From IMG/VR virus record IMGVR_UViG_3300033121_001564, positions 1-64,000 of that record: DNA of 64,000 bases; one strand, 5' to 3'. The stretch is from a virus. Lineage: Duplodnaviria; Caudoviricetes. Each line of letters starts with the position of its first letter. The stretch's first letter is position 1. Under the pieces are notes generated by a model. That model ran no database searches. It was not told the DNA's origin and saw only the letters and a program-made list of their open reading frames with translations. This document shows, in pieces, positions 27,641 through 36,559 of this stretch. The translations under genes and the position numbers were made by a program.

Positions 27641-27718
27641 CTGGATGAGAATTTCCGATGCGACTGCGGCAAGGGCAGGGAGGACGCGAGGTTGTGGCGA
27701 CGGGATGCCGGAAGTGAG

Positions 27719-28282
27719 GTCGCAGTTGGAGATCCTACGGGACTTGCACTGCGGCGTCTCTTTCGCCTGCGCGAGGAGGGCAAGGAGGAGCGTCGCAGGG
27801 GGAGTTCTTGGGGAACTTGCACTGCGGCCGCGCTGCTGCTCCAGCATGGCGAGCAAGATGTCGCGTCGCAGGGAGAGTTCTTGGGGAACTTGCACTGCGG
27901 CCACTCGTAACTGACGACGCGGTAGTGCCGCTAGTGGTCGCGTCGCAGGGGGAGTTCTCAGGGGACTTGCACTGCGGCTGATCCTAGCCAACCGAGGGCG
28001 GACCTGTCAAGCATGTCGCAGGGGGAGTTCTCAAGGGACTTGCACTGCGGCAGCAGGCACATCAGGTGTACGAGTCAGCACGACCGTCGTCGCAGGGGGG
28101 GGGAGTTCATGAGGAACTTGCATTGCGGCATCCTGACTGCTGAGGAAGTTCCCTGAGAACTTGCACTGCGGCTCCCCTACGAGCAGGGCCACCCCAGGAA
28201 GAAGGGGTGTCGCGAAGGGAGTTTCCAGGAGACTTGCACTGCGGCAATCAGATACTGTTCGAGCCCACTCTTGCACTGCGAC
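27719..28282 (+). CRISPR. CRISPR array: 8 repeats of ~37 bp plus a 3' remnant; consensus GTCGCAGGGGGAGTTCTYRGGGRACTTGCACTGCGGC
   Basis: Repeats start at 27719, 27792, 27865, 27942, 28015, 28089 (41 bp), 28136 and 28209; unique spacers of 36, 36, 40, 36, 37, 6 and 36 bp; remnant CTTGCACTGCGAC at 28270-28282. Confidence 0.93.
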
Positions 28283-28339
28283 ATAACGCGCTGTGGGGTG
28301 AAACTCCCAAAGAACGCCTCATCACAAAGGAGACACCAA

Positions 28340-29836
28340 ATGACCGCCACCTATCAATGTATCATCTGTGACACCTCGAAACCGGCAGCGAAAGGGAAAC
28401 TCAAGACGGTTGGCGGCAAGAAGGTCCACTCCGACTCCATCCCCAAGGGGTGGAGCCGCCGCAACGGCAACAACGTCATTTGCAACAAGTGCAGGGATCG
28501 CACCTCTCGCATTCGCGCCGTCACGCTCCCCGTGATGGGCGTGGTGGACTTCCTCGATGACCCTTTCGCAGAAGGGAAGAAGCGTGCCGACCCCGAGAAG
28601 GCGATAACCCCCGAGAACATGCAGAAGAGGTTCCTGGAGTGCCTGACGGGGACATACCGAGGCGAGGACGACGGGCCGCGAATGAACAACCGCGACGGCG
28701 TCTGGCACATGAGTACGGGGCTTGCCAACTGGGCGGTGCGCAAACTGCTGGAGCGCGACACCCAGATGCTTCCGAACACGGATTCCGCGTGCCCGGGACC
28801 GCCGGTGATGAACCTCGCAGCAACCTACAAGGCGGAGGGGCACCCGCTCGGCAAGTGCGCGACGAGGACCATCGGGAACATCTTCCGTGCGGTGCAAAGC
28901 AAGTACAAGGACGATCGCCTGCACGCCGTCTGGCTGGGCAAGAAGAGTCTGCCCCTGTTCCGATTCCCCTACCCCTACCCGATCGACAGTGACAGCTGGC
29001 ATACGGGGTACATGGAGGTCCCCCTCGATCACGTCGGCAAGAAGCGGGCGGCGGAGGGCAAGGGGCCGGCAACCAAACTGGTGCCCACGATCACCCTGCG
29101 GTTCCACGAGAGCGACACCGGCCCGCGATGGGTCTTGCAACTGCCGTCCGGGCAGAAACACTGGGGCCGGCATCTGGCGGACTTCCGGGCGATCCACCAG
29201 GGCAACGCCCCCAAGCGCCAGATGCAACTGCTGGCCAAACCCTGCGCGCCGGACGATCCCGGCGTCGTCGTCATCTTCCGGGAGACGTCCGGGGGGCAGA
29301 GGATCCCGTGCCGGTTGATGGTCAAACTCGTGGCGGACTTCCCCCGAAAGACGGACCACGGCGCCCGCACGGAGGTGATGTACCTCCGCACGGACCCCCA
29401 GGCGTTCTGGACCGCCGCGATCGACGGCCGCGAAATGAGGCCGTTCATCCTGAACGGGGACCACATCACCCGCTCCCTGTGGATGATGAAACGTCGGCAC
29501 GAGCAGCATCACGCCTGGCTCCAGCGTGTTTCGGAAGACATGAAGTACGAGAAACGCTGGCCGCTGCGTGTCCGCCGGCAGACGAACGACGCCTACCAGA
29601 AGGTATGCGATAAGCACAGGAGGAGGATCGACACCTGGATCAAGCAGATGGTCGCCCAGACCGTGAACTTCGCGATCCGGCGGGGGGTGGGGAGGATCGT
29701 GTACGACGACCAGAACCGGCAATGGACCGACAGTTTCCCCTGGCACAAGCTGAAGACACTGTTGAAGCAGGCATGTGACGCACGGGGGGTCCACTACACG
29801 GACGACAAAACCGGAGAGGAGGCGAAGACGACATGA
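28340..29836 (+). CDS. Cas12f/TnpB-like type V effector, probably nuclease-dead (~498 aa)
   Basis: N-terminal CxxC...CxxC; degenerate RuvC-I MYLRTDPQAFWTAAIDG; bridge-helix region KHRRRIDTWIKQMVAQTVNFA; RuvC-II IVYDD; FPWHKLKTLLKQACDARGV, then stop with no zinc ribbon or RuvC-III; AAAGGAG RBS; adjacent to the array. Confidence 0.8.
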   Translation: MTATYQCIICDTSKPAAKGKLKTVGGKKVHSDSIPKGWSRRNGNNVICNKCRDRTSRIRAVTLPVMGVVDFLDDPFAEGKKRADPEKAITPENMQKRFLECLTGTYRGEDDGPRMNNRDGVWHMSTGLANWAVRKLLERDTQMLPNTDSACPGPPVMNLAATYKAEGHPLGKCATRTIGNIFRAVQSKYKDDRLHAVWLGKKSLPLFRFPYPYPIDSDSWHTGYMEVPLDHVGKKRAAEGKGPATKLVPTITLRFHESDTGPRWVLQLPSGQKHWGRHLADFRAIHQGNAPKRQMQLLAKPCAPDDPGVVVIFRETSGGQRIPCRLMVKLVADFPRKTDHGARTEVMYLRTDPQAFWTAAIDGREMRPFILNGDHITRSLWMMKRRHEQHHAWLQRVSEDMKYEKRWPLRVRRQTNDAYQKVCDKHRRRIDTWIKQMVAQTVNFAIRRGVGRIVYDDQNRQWTDSFPWHKLKTLLKQACDARGVHYTDDKTGEEAKTT

Positions 29837-29871
29837 GGGACGATTACCTGTCGTAAGGAGACTGACCACAC

Positions 29872-30117
29872 ATGGCAAAGACGAAGACCAAACCCAAACC
29901 ACCCCAGGCCCCGCGCACCGAGGTGCGCCACGGCACGAGCTTCGGCGCTCCGTGCGTGACGATCCTGGGACGCCACGCGACGCTGGGCGAGCGGGTACTC
30001 CTGTCGGCGGTGTGCGCCGACCGGAACCACGGCGAGGAGATCGCCCGGGAGTGGCTGACGAAGAACGAGTCGTACCTGCCGAAACTCCTGGGGCTCGGTG
30101 TCCCGGGGATCGGCTGA
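29872..30117 (+). CDS. Hypothetical phage protein
   Basis: AAGGAG RBS. Confidence 0.55.
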   Translation: MAKTKTKPKPPQAPRTEVRHGTSFGAPCVTILGRHATLGERVLLSAVCADRNHGEEIAREWLTKNESYLPKLLGLGVPGIG

Positions 30118-30132
30118 CAAGGGAGGTGTCGG

Positions 30133-30522
30133 ATGGAGACGACAGCAGAAGCGGTGACGTCGGTGACGGTCGGCGACCACGTCGAGGTGCGGGTGGGCGC
30201 GCTGGTCTACACCACCAGCGACGACCACGAGCCGATCGCCATCACGGTGGACGGGTTCGAGCGGAACGCCCTGGGGCACATCCGGATCCTGTGCGATGGG
30301 AAGCCCTACTCGCCGTGGAGGTGTTTCGTGAGTGAGTCTGCCTACTGGCGGCACATGCTGGCGAATCTGGAACACCAGGCGGGGATGGGAGGGGAGGAGA
30401 TGGCCCTGCGCGGGCTGATCTCCAAGCTCGAGACCACGCTATCCACACTGAAATTTCTTCACGGCTGCGCCCGCCTCGAGCGTCAGGCCCGCGAGTTCCT
30501 GTGGAAGGAGGGCAACCGTTGA
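30133..30522 (+). CDS. Hypothetical phage protein
   Basis: GGAGGT RBS. Confidence 0.6.
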   Translation: METTAEAVTSVTVGDHVEVRVGALVYTTSDDHEPIAITVDGFERNALGHIRILCDGKPYSPWRCFVSESAYWRHMLANLEHQAGMGGEEMALRGLISKLETTLSTLKFLHGCARLERQAREFLWKEGNR

Positions 30523-30732
30523 GCCGCATCCTCGACACCCTCGCCCGCTCCTGGCCGCCCGCCTGCGGGTTCCTGGCCTACGCCAGCTGGCGCTGGGCTG
30601 CCAACCACGACCTGCGCGACCACCCGGCCGACTGGGTGCTCCTGGGACTCGCTGCCGTCTCGGGGGCTTGGCTGGGCGTCGCATTCACCTGGGAGTGCTG
30701 GCAGCACGACGTTCGGCTAAGGAGGGCCGGAG

Positions 30733-31068
30733 ATGGAGGAGACGACCGTATCGCAGATGGCGCAGGTGACACCAGCGAGCGAACCGCCGGATCTCGATGA
30801 CCTCATCGAGGCGGCGCGATGGAGGCCGAAGTTCAGCCATGTGGGCATCCCGGTGGATGTGTCCACGAAGCGGCGGCGACTGGGCCAGTTGCTTCGCCGG
30901 AGACGTGAGGAGCTGGGACTGACAGGCATGGACGTCGTTCGACGCATCCAGGTCAACCAGTCCACGGTGGGTTATGCGGAGCGCGGGGCGACGATGCCTC
31001 ACGCGGCGCTCGATCGCTACCTGGCCCTGCTGGGCTGGCGGGTGCCGGAACACCCGTCAGGGGCGTAG
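30733..31068 (+). CDS. XRE-family HTH protein
   Basis: LGQLLRRRREELGLTGMDVVRRIQVNQSTVGYAERG. Confidence 0.8.
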   Translation: MEETTVSQMAQVTPASEPPDLDDLIEAARWRPKFSHVGIPVDVSTKRRRLGQLLRRRREELGLTGMDVVRRIQVNQSTVGYAERGATMPHAALDRYLALLGWRVPEHPSGA

Positions 31069-31104
31069 GCGGGGCTGGAACGGGGAGGCACGGGAGGAAA
31101 GATC

Positions 31105-31749
31105 ATGGACGGTGACGGAAAAAACGGACAGGACGTGTTCGATCTGGGAGCGGGGGCGCCAACGTCGGCGCCAGCACCAGCGCCCGAGGCGGGCCCGGCG
31201 GCGCTCGATCAGCAGGTGTCGGCGCTGTTCAACCGGGCGTCCCTGAAGGGGGCGATCGAGGCAGCGCCGGTCATGCGGCGGGATGACCCTCTCGCTGTCG
31301 GCGAGCCCGTCAGTATGAGCCGGTACGTCGCGAACCTGGAGCGGCAGCTGGCGTCGGCACTCGAGAACCGTGACAGGTGGGAAAAACTGTCCCAGGTCCG
31401 GCTGAAGCTGATCGAGGACGGCGCGGAGGCGCTCCGCAAGGCGACCCTCGAGCGGGCCGACCTGCGAGAGGCCAACACCCGGCTCGCCAACCGGGTCGAG
31501 TACCTGGAGCAGCAGACGCGGAATTCGTCGCGGGAGGAGTTGAACCGCCTTCGCAGCGAGAACGACGGGCTGACGGCGAAGGTCCGCGAACTGGAGCACG
31601 ACCTGGACCAGGCCCGGCGGGAGGCGACGTTCGCCGCCGCCCACAAGGTCGAATCCCACCTGGCGGACATGCGGGCGATGGCCGACGTGGTGGTCAACGT
31701 CGTCGATCGTGCGATGGAAGCGGTCGAGGCGCGAGCAGCATTGGCGTGA
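31105..31749 (+). CDS. Coiled-coil protein
   Basis: Heptad-rich; GGAGG RBS. Confidence 0.65.
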   Translation: MDGDGKNGQDVFDLGAGAPTSAPAPAPEAGPAALDQQVSALFNRASLKGAIEAAPVMRRDDPLAVGEPVSMSRYVANLERQLASALENRDRWEKLSQVRLKLIEDGAEALRKATLERADLREANTRLANRVEYLEQQTRNSSREELNRLRSENDGLTAKVRELEHDLDQARREATFAAAHKVESHLADMRAMADVVVNVVDRAMEAVEARAALA

Positions 31750-31757
31750 CCAGTGGC

Positions 31758-31882
31758 ACCGGGCGTCCGTGGCGGACCGCGGGCAGGCGTCCATCCGCCG
31801 CCGCGTGAGGCGACACAGCGCGGTCAACCAGCGAGCGAGCGTATCGGGGGTGCGACTCCCCTGAGCGGACGACCGGTCTTTT
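31758..31882 (+). ncRNA. Intergenic tRNA-like fold
   Basis: Closing stem ACCGGGCGTCCG/CGGACGACCGGT; inner GACCGCG/CGCGGTC; T-loop-like GGGG-GTGCGACT-CCCC. Confidence 0.4.
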
Positions 31883-31905
31883 GCTTCACACATGGAGGAT
31901 TGTGC

Positions 31906-32196
31906 ATGGAAACCACGGAAGCCCTGGCCGGGCACCTCGCAGCGGCGCACAAAAAGATCGCCGAACTGGCGCATGCCAAGAACGAAGCCGAATCAGCTCT
32001 CCTTCAGAAGAAGGAAGAAGTGGAGAGGCTTTCCGCCCAACTGGAAAAACTGAAGGGAGATCACAGATCCCTGGACCTGGAACACTTCACGCTCCGCAAG
32101 AATTACGACGAGGCTGTGGACGCCAATATCAGGCTCGGGAAGTACCTGCGAAAGGTGTGCAGCGTCCTGAAGGGTGTCACGCAGCACAACCTGTAA
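31906..32196 (+). CDS. Coiled-coil protein
   Basis: GGAGG RBS; heptads. Confidence 0.6.
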   Translation: METTEALAGHLAAAHKKIAELAHAKNEAESALLQKKEEVERLSAQLEKLKGDHRSLDLEHFTLRKNYDEAVDANIRLGKYLRKVCSVLKGVTQHNL

Positions 32197-32219
32197 CTCT
32201 GACACGAAAGGGTCCACGG

Positions 32220-33146
32220 ATGGATTCCACGGAAGAAACGGCAGTGTCCGAGGCCCGCCGCAGCAGATGGCTCGAGAAGAGGAAGGCCCAGCGCGGGTTC
32301 GGCGCCAGCGACATCGCCCGGATCGTGAGCGGTCGCGAGTACGAGGTGTATCTGGACAAGTTGGGGCTGACCCCGCCGCTGGCGGACAACTCCCGGATGT
32401 ACTGGGGCAGGGTCCACGAGCCGAACATCCTGCGCGAGTACAAGAAGCAGACCGGGCACCAACTGGTCTTCTGGGCCGAGCCGGTCATCTACCAGCACCC
32501 CGACTACGACTGGTGCTGGTGTACGCCGGACGGGCTGGTCGAGGGCCAACCCGTGGGCGTGGAGGCGAAGACAGCCGATGCGGCAGAGGCAAAAGAATGG
32601 GGCGTGCAGGGGACGGACGAGATCCCATTGAAGTATTTCGCCCAGTGCCAGTGGCAGTTGCTGGCATGCTCCGAGTTGGGGCTCGAGCGGATCGACGTGC
32701 CCGTGCTGATCGGGGGCAACGACTTCCGCATCTACTCCGTCTTGCCGTCGCCCGAGGCGCAGCAGCAGTTGCTGGAGCGGGCGCGGTGGCTCCTGGACCG
32801 AATCGAGAGGCGGGAGCCGCCGCCCCTGGATCCGAAGTGCCCCGACGCACTCGACCTCCTGAAACTGGGGATGCCGCCCCGCGAGGGGGTCCGGGTCCGA
32901 CCCGACGAGGAGGCTGCCAGCTTCGTCGCGACCCTGGACCTGTGCCGTGAGGAGCGGGTTCGGATCGAGAAGTTGGAGGAGGAAATCAAGGCGACGCTGA
33001 CCCTGCGTTTGGGAGATGCGGGGGAGGGAGAGCTGCCGGACGGCACGGTCGTTCGGCGGAAGGTCTACCCGATCAAGGAGCAGTTCCGGGCCGCCACGAC
33101 GGGGGTCCGGCTCACGGTGGTCCGTCCACGGAAGGAGAGGGAATGA
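32220..33146 (+). CDS. YqaJ/lambda-exonuclease-like viral recombination nuclease
   Basis: WLEKRK..GFGASD, YWGRVHEP, CTPDG, VEAKT, YFAQCQWQ. Confidence 0.92.
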   Translation: MDSTEETAVSEARRSRWLEKRKAQRGFGASDIARIVSGREYEVYLDKLGLTPPLADNSRMYWGRVHEPNILREYKKQTGHQLVFWAEPVIYQHPDYDWCWCTPDGLVEGQPVGVEAKTADAAEAKEWGVQGTDEIPLKYFAQCQWQLLACSELGLERIDVPVLIGGNDFRIYSVLPSPEAQQQLLERARWLLDRIERREPPPLDPKCPDALDLLKLGMPPREGVRVRPDEEAASFVATLDLCREERVRIEKLEEEIKATLTLRLGDAGEGELPDGTVVRRKVYPIKEQFRAATTGVRLTVVRPRKERE

Positions 33147-34018
33147 GCAGGCAGGAAGCCAGGCAGGAGATCATCCAGGCGCCGACCCGGCAGGTGGCGC
33201 AACTGGAGCCGGCAATGGCCAAGGTCGCGCGTGCGATCGACTCGACGGCCCAGAGCTACGCCCTGGCCGTCCAGGGGGCACAGGGGCAGGTGGAGCGAGC
33301 CCTCCTCATGGGCTCGGCCATCGTGGCGCTGCGGGAGGCGCTGAACGAGCGGGTGATGGCCCAGATCATGCCCCTCATCGGCACGCCCAACGGGATCGGC
33401 AGCGACCGACCGCAACACCCCGGGGGCAAGCGTGAACCGTACACGGCAGCCGAGGTGCGCGAGGCGCTCATCACCTCGCTCATGTACGGGTTCTACCCGG
33501 TGAACAACGAGTGGGGCATCATCTCGGGGAGGTTCTTCGGGCAGAAGAACGGCTGGAAGCGAAAGTTGGAGGAAGTGCCAGGCATCTCCAACATCTCCGT
33601 GGCCGCGGGCAAGCCGCACGTCGTCGAGCAGTCGGTGGTGATGGTGCGGGTGGCCCTGGCGTGGAAGATCGCCGGCAAGGCGGACTGCCTGCGGGACGGC
33701 GAGGGCAAGCCGGGCAGGCCGTTCACGCTCCACTCCTACGGCAACGAGAAGCCCGATCTGTTCATCGGCAAGGCAGAGGCACGAGCCTACCGGGCCGCGT
33801 ACCTCCAGGCGACCGGCTCGACCTACGTCCCCGATGAGGCTGAGGTCGAGGCCCTGCCCGACGGCGGACAGGCTTCCGCCCAGCTGGGTCAGTCGAAGGC
33901 CCAGCAACTGGAAGACCGCCTCCGCAACCAGCAGAGGACGGCACAACAGGCGACACAGCAACCCGCCCAGCACCCCGACTTCGAGGCGGGGGCGCGGATG
34001 GCGGAAGAGGAATCCTAG
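33143..34018 (+). CDS. Putative single-strand annealing protein (partner of YqaJ)
   Basis: ATGA-coupled directly after the exonuclease; GKAEARAYRAA helix and acidic tail. Confidence 0.55.
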   Translation: MSRQEARQEIIQAPTRQVAQLEPAMAKVARAIDSTAQSYALAVQGAQGQVERALLMGSAIVALREALNERVMAQIMPLIGTPNGIGSDRPQHPGGKREPYTAAEVREALITSLMYGFYPVNNEWGIISGRFFGQKNGWKRKLEEVPGISNISVAAGKPHVVEQSVVMVRVALAWKIAGKADCLRDGEGKPGRPFTLHSYGNEKPDLFIGKAEARAYRAAYLQATGSTYVPDEAEVEALPDGGQASAQLGQSKAQQLEDRLRNQQRTAQQATQQPAQHPDFEAGARMAEEES

Positions 34019-34097
34019 GGGCCACTCCCCCGTGGGACCGGGGACGGGGGGAGCGGTTCCCCCCGCCCCGGCTTGTTCAGCAACGAGGACTGTCCAG

Positions 34098-34355
34098 ATG
34101 AAGACTGCGAAGACGAAGGCCGCGACGAAGACGCCCGAGGCGAAGGCGAAACACACCGTGGTGACGCTCGTGGTGGGTGACACCGTGTGGCACACGGCGC
34201 GGACGCCGGACGGGATCCAGTTCCGTATGAGGGTGGTCGAGTCCGGCGACGACGGGGCGAAGATCGAGTTCGACCTGCCCGATGGGGTGGGGGTGATGCT
34301 CGCCGGGACGAAGGAGCCGAAGAGGAGTACTGGGCGGAAGAGTGTGGCGAGGTAG
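34098..34355 (+). CDS. Hypothetical protein (CsrA-like beta pattern, weak)
   Basis: IQFRMRVVE...AKIEFDLPDGVGV. Confidence 0.45.
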   Translation: MKTAKTKAATKTPEAKAKHTVVTLVVGDTVWHTARTPDGIQFRMRVVESGDDGAKIEFDLPDGVGVMLAGTKEPKRSTGRKSVAR

Positions 34356-34543
34356 CGGGGCGGGGACAAGGGAGTTCGCCCCTCCCTTTGGTCGATAAGA
34401 GATACATGCAATCGCGGATCTCACGCCGGCACTGACGGATCGCCCCACAATTCGACCGGGCGGTCTGGCAACCGGGAAGGTTCCTTCGGGTAGCATTGTC
34501 CATCCACCCCAGCGGGCGGGTGCAAGGCACCGGAGGGATCGTC

Positions 34544-36559
34544 GTGGCTCGACTGTTGCAGTCCAGGCGGATGCGTCGGCGGCTCTGGATGGCCGCCGGG
34601 GGAAGGTGCCAGTCGTGTGGATGCGAACTGCTCGACGGTTGGCATGCGGACCATGTGGTTCCCTACCGCATCTTGCAGAGGACGTCCGTGTTCGACATGC
34701 AGGCGCTGTGCCCGCAGTGCAATCTCAGGAAGGGGGCGTTCGTGGCGGACAATTACAGCGTACTGGATCAGTATTTCAGGTTTTCCAGGGAGTTTCGTAA
34801 ACAGGACGGGCAACTTCGCGCCTGGATGCACGCCCACAATGTCAACCCTATTCGGGGCAACACCGTCACCTGGCTGTTCGAGTTGGTCACGGGCTACGGC
34901 AAGACGCTGACAGCCTACGGATGCTTCTGGATCCTCAGACAGCGTGGACTCGTCGAGAATATGCTCATTCTCGTGCCGACGGACGACCAGCGGAGGCAGT
35001 TCGCGGCCGACGCCGAGATCGCCAATCAGCTGCTGGGAGCCAGGATACAAACCTGGATCATCACCGGAGACGAGAAGGACATCCGGGCGCGAAAATCAGG
35101 TAGGTACAACGCCTTCGTCGGGACGTACCAGCACCTGTCCCAGGACACGTCGTGGTATCGGAGTCTGATGGACGACGGCAACCGCTGGCTCATCGTGCTG
35201 GACGAGGTGCATCACCTGGCGGAGGCTGGACGCTGGGCCGAGTGCGAGGGCTCGCTGCCGAACCGAAACTTCCGGATTGGCCTGACCGCGACGCCCCTCC
35301 GATCCGACCGCGCCCGCCTCTTCGGCATGCCAGAGAAGGCGACCGAGAGTGTGACGTACCAGGAGGCTTTCCGTGAGGAAGTCGTCAAGAAGGTGGTCGC
35401 ATACATCGACCACTACAACCTGAAGGTGGACGTGAACGGCGAGACCGTCGAGTTGACGACCGAGACCCTGAAGAAGGAGGGTGTCGTCGATTTCGAGAAG
35501 TACGAGGCCAAGAGGCAGTTGAGGTACAACCGCGACTACCTCAATCAGATGCTGCTCGAGCCCATCAACGACCTTGCCCAGAGACTTACACGGCACCCGG
35601 GCCAGCATCAGATGGTGGTCTTCTGCATGTCGTGCAAGCACGCGGACTACGTCTGCGGCCAGGTGAACTCCATCTGCCAACAACTCGAACTGCCGTACCG
35701 TGCCGAGTGGGTGGGCGTGGGTGAGGGCATGGACGGAACCATCAAGTCGGCGAAGGAGAACGCACAGATCCTCGACGACTTCCGCGACAACAAGTTTCAC
35801 GTTCTCGTCCAGGTGGGGAAGGCGGAGGAGGGCTTCAACGTCAAGCGAATCAGCGTGCTGGTCTTCCTGCACCTCATCGGTGCCATCGGCAAGATCATCC
35901 AGCAGATCGGGCGCGGACTCAGGAGGAACAACGCCTTGCCGTTCAGCCAGGACACCGTCAGCGTGTACGCGAGCGCCGACACGCCGATCGCCAGCACCGT
36001 CCTGAAGATGCAGGCCGAGTCCAAAGGCCCGGAAGAGGTGGATCCGGAGAAGAAGGAGTGCGACCGGGAGTGCGACATCCGCATGCAGGGCATCCCCAAC
36101 CTCATCCTCGTCGAGTCCACCTACGACAGGACAGACGTCGTCTCTCCCAACGGCATACCCTGCCTGAGCCCGGAGGGTGAGAGTTTCTGCCAGAAATTCA
36201 ACATCCCGCCGGGAGAGTACCTGAAACACATCGGGTCTGCCGCGACCACGACGCCAGCCCGCCCGGAGTTGCTCACGGGAAAGATCGACAGGGACGCCAA
36301 CTTCGAGCAGCAGGTCAAGAAAGCTGCGGGGACCTTCGCCAGCAACATCGTCAAGCTCATGGGGCGGAACGGCGTGCCGACCGACGGCAACTCCATCGGC
36401 ATGGCCATTCGCGCCATCCACGCCGAGTGGAAGCGCACCAGCGGCCTGAACCACGGCGCCATGCTGCCGGAAGACTTCCGCCGCAAGCACGCCTGGCTCA
36501 AGGCCGAGAACGACAAGATGGCCAGCAAGAGGGAGGTTCCGGCATGGGTGAAGTGGTGA
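34544..36559 (+). CDS. HNH nuclease-SF2 (DExH) helicase fusion
   Basis: CQSCG...HADHVVP...LCPQCNLRKG; TGYGKT, DEVHH, LTATP, EGFNV, QQIGRGLR. Confidence 0.88.
   Translation: MARLLQSRRMRRRLWMAAGGRCQSCGCELLDGWHADHVVPYRILQRTSVFDMQALCPQCNLRKGAFVADNYSVLDQYFRFSREFRKQDGQLRAWMHAHNVNPIRGNTVTWLFELVTGYGKTLTAYGCFWILRQRGLVENMLILVPTDDQRRQFAADAEIANQLLGARIQTWIITGDEKDIRARKSGRYNAFVGTYQHLSQDTSWYRSLMDDGNRWLIVLDEVHHLAEAGRWAECEGSLPNRNFRIGLTATPLRSDRARLFGMPEKATESVTYQEAFREEVVKKVVAYIDHYNLKVDVNGETVELTTETLKKEGVVDFEKYEAKRQLRYNRDYLNQMLLEPINDLAQRLTRHPGQHQMVVFCMSCKHADYVCGQVNSICQQLELPYRAEWVGVGEGMDGTIKSAKENAQILDDFRDNKFHVLVQVGKAEEGFNVKRISVLVFLHLIGAIGKIIQQIGRGLRRNNALPFSQDTVSVYASADTPIASTVLKMQAESKGPEEVDPEKKECDRECDIRMQGIPNLILVESTYDRTDVVSPNGIPCLSPEGESFCQKFNIPPGEYLKHIGSAATTTPARPELLTGKIDRDANFEQQVKKAAGTFASNIVKLMGRNGVPTDGNSIGMAIRAIHAEWKRTSGLNHGAMLPEDFRRKHAWLKAENDKMASKREVPAWVKW

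Noticed and set aside
27503-28276. Several short ORFs over the CRISPR array
   Set aside because: Repetitive translations (VQVPQEL, GTCTAA) are by-products of the repeats
28271-28339. Longer 521-aa start for the Cas12-like ORF
   Set aside because: The TTG start lies in the repeat remnant; ATG 28340 has a strong AAAGGAG RBS
28340-29836. Interpretation as IS605 TnpB or CAST Cas12k
   Set aside because: No tnpA, transposon ends or tnsB/tnsC/tniQ seen; a CRISPR array and anti-repeat are present instead
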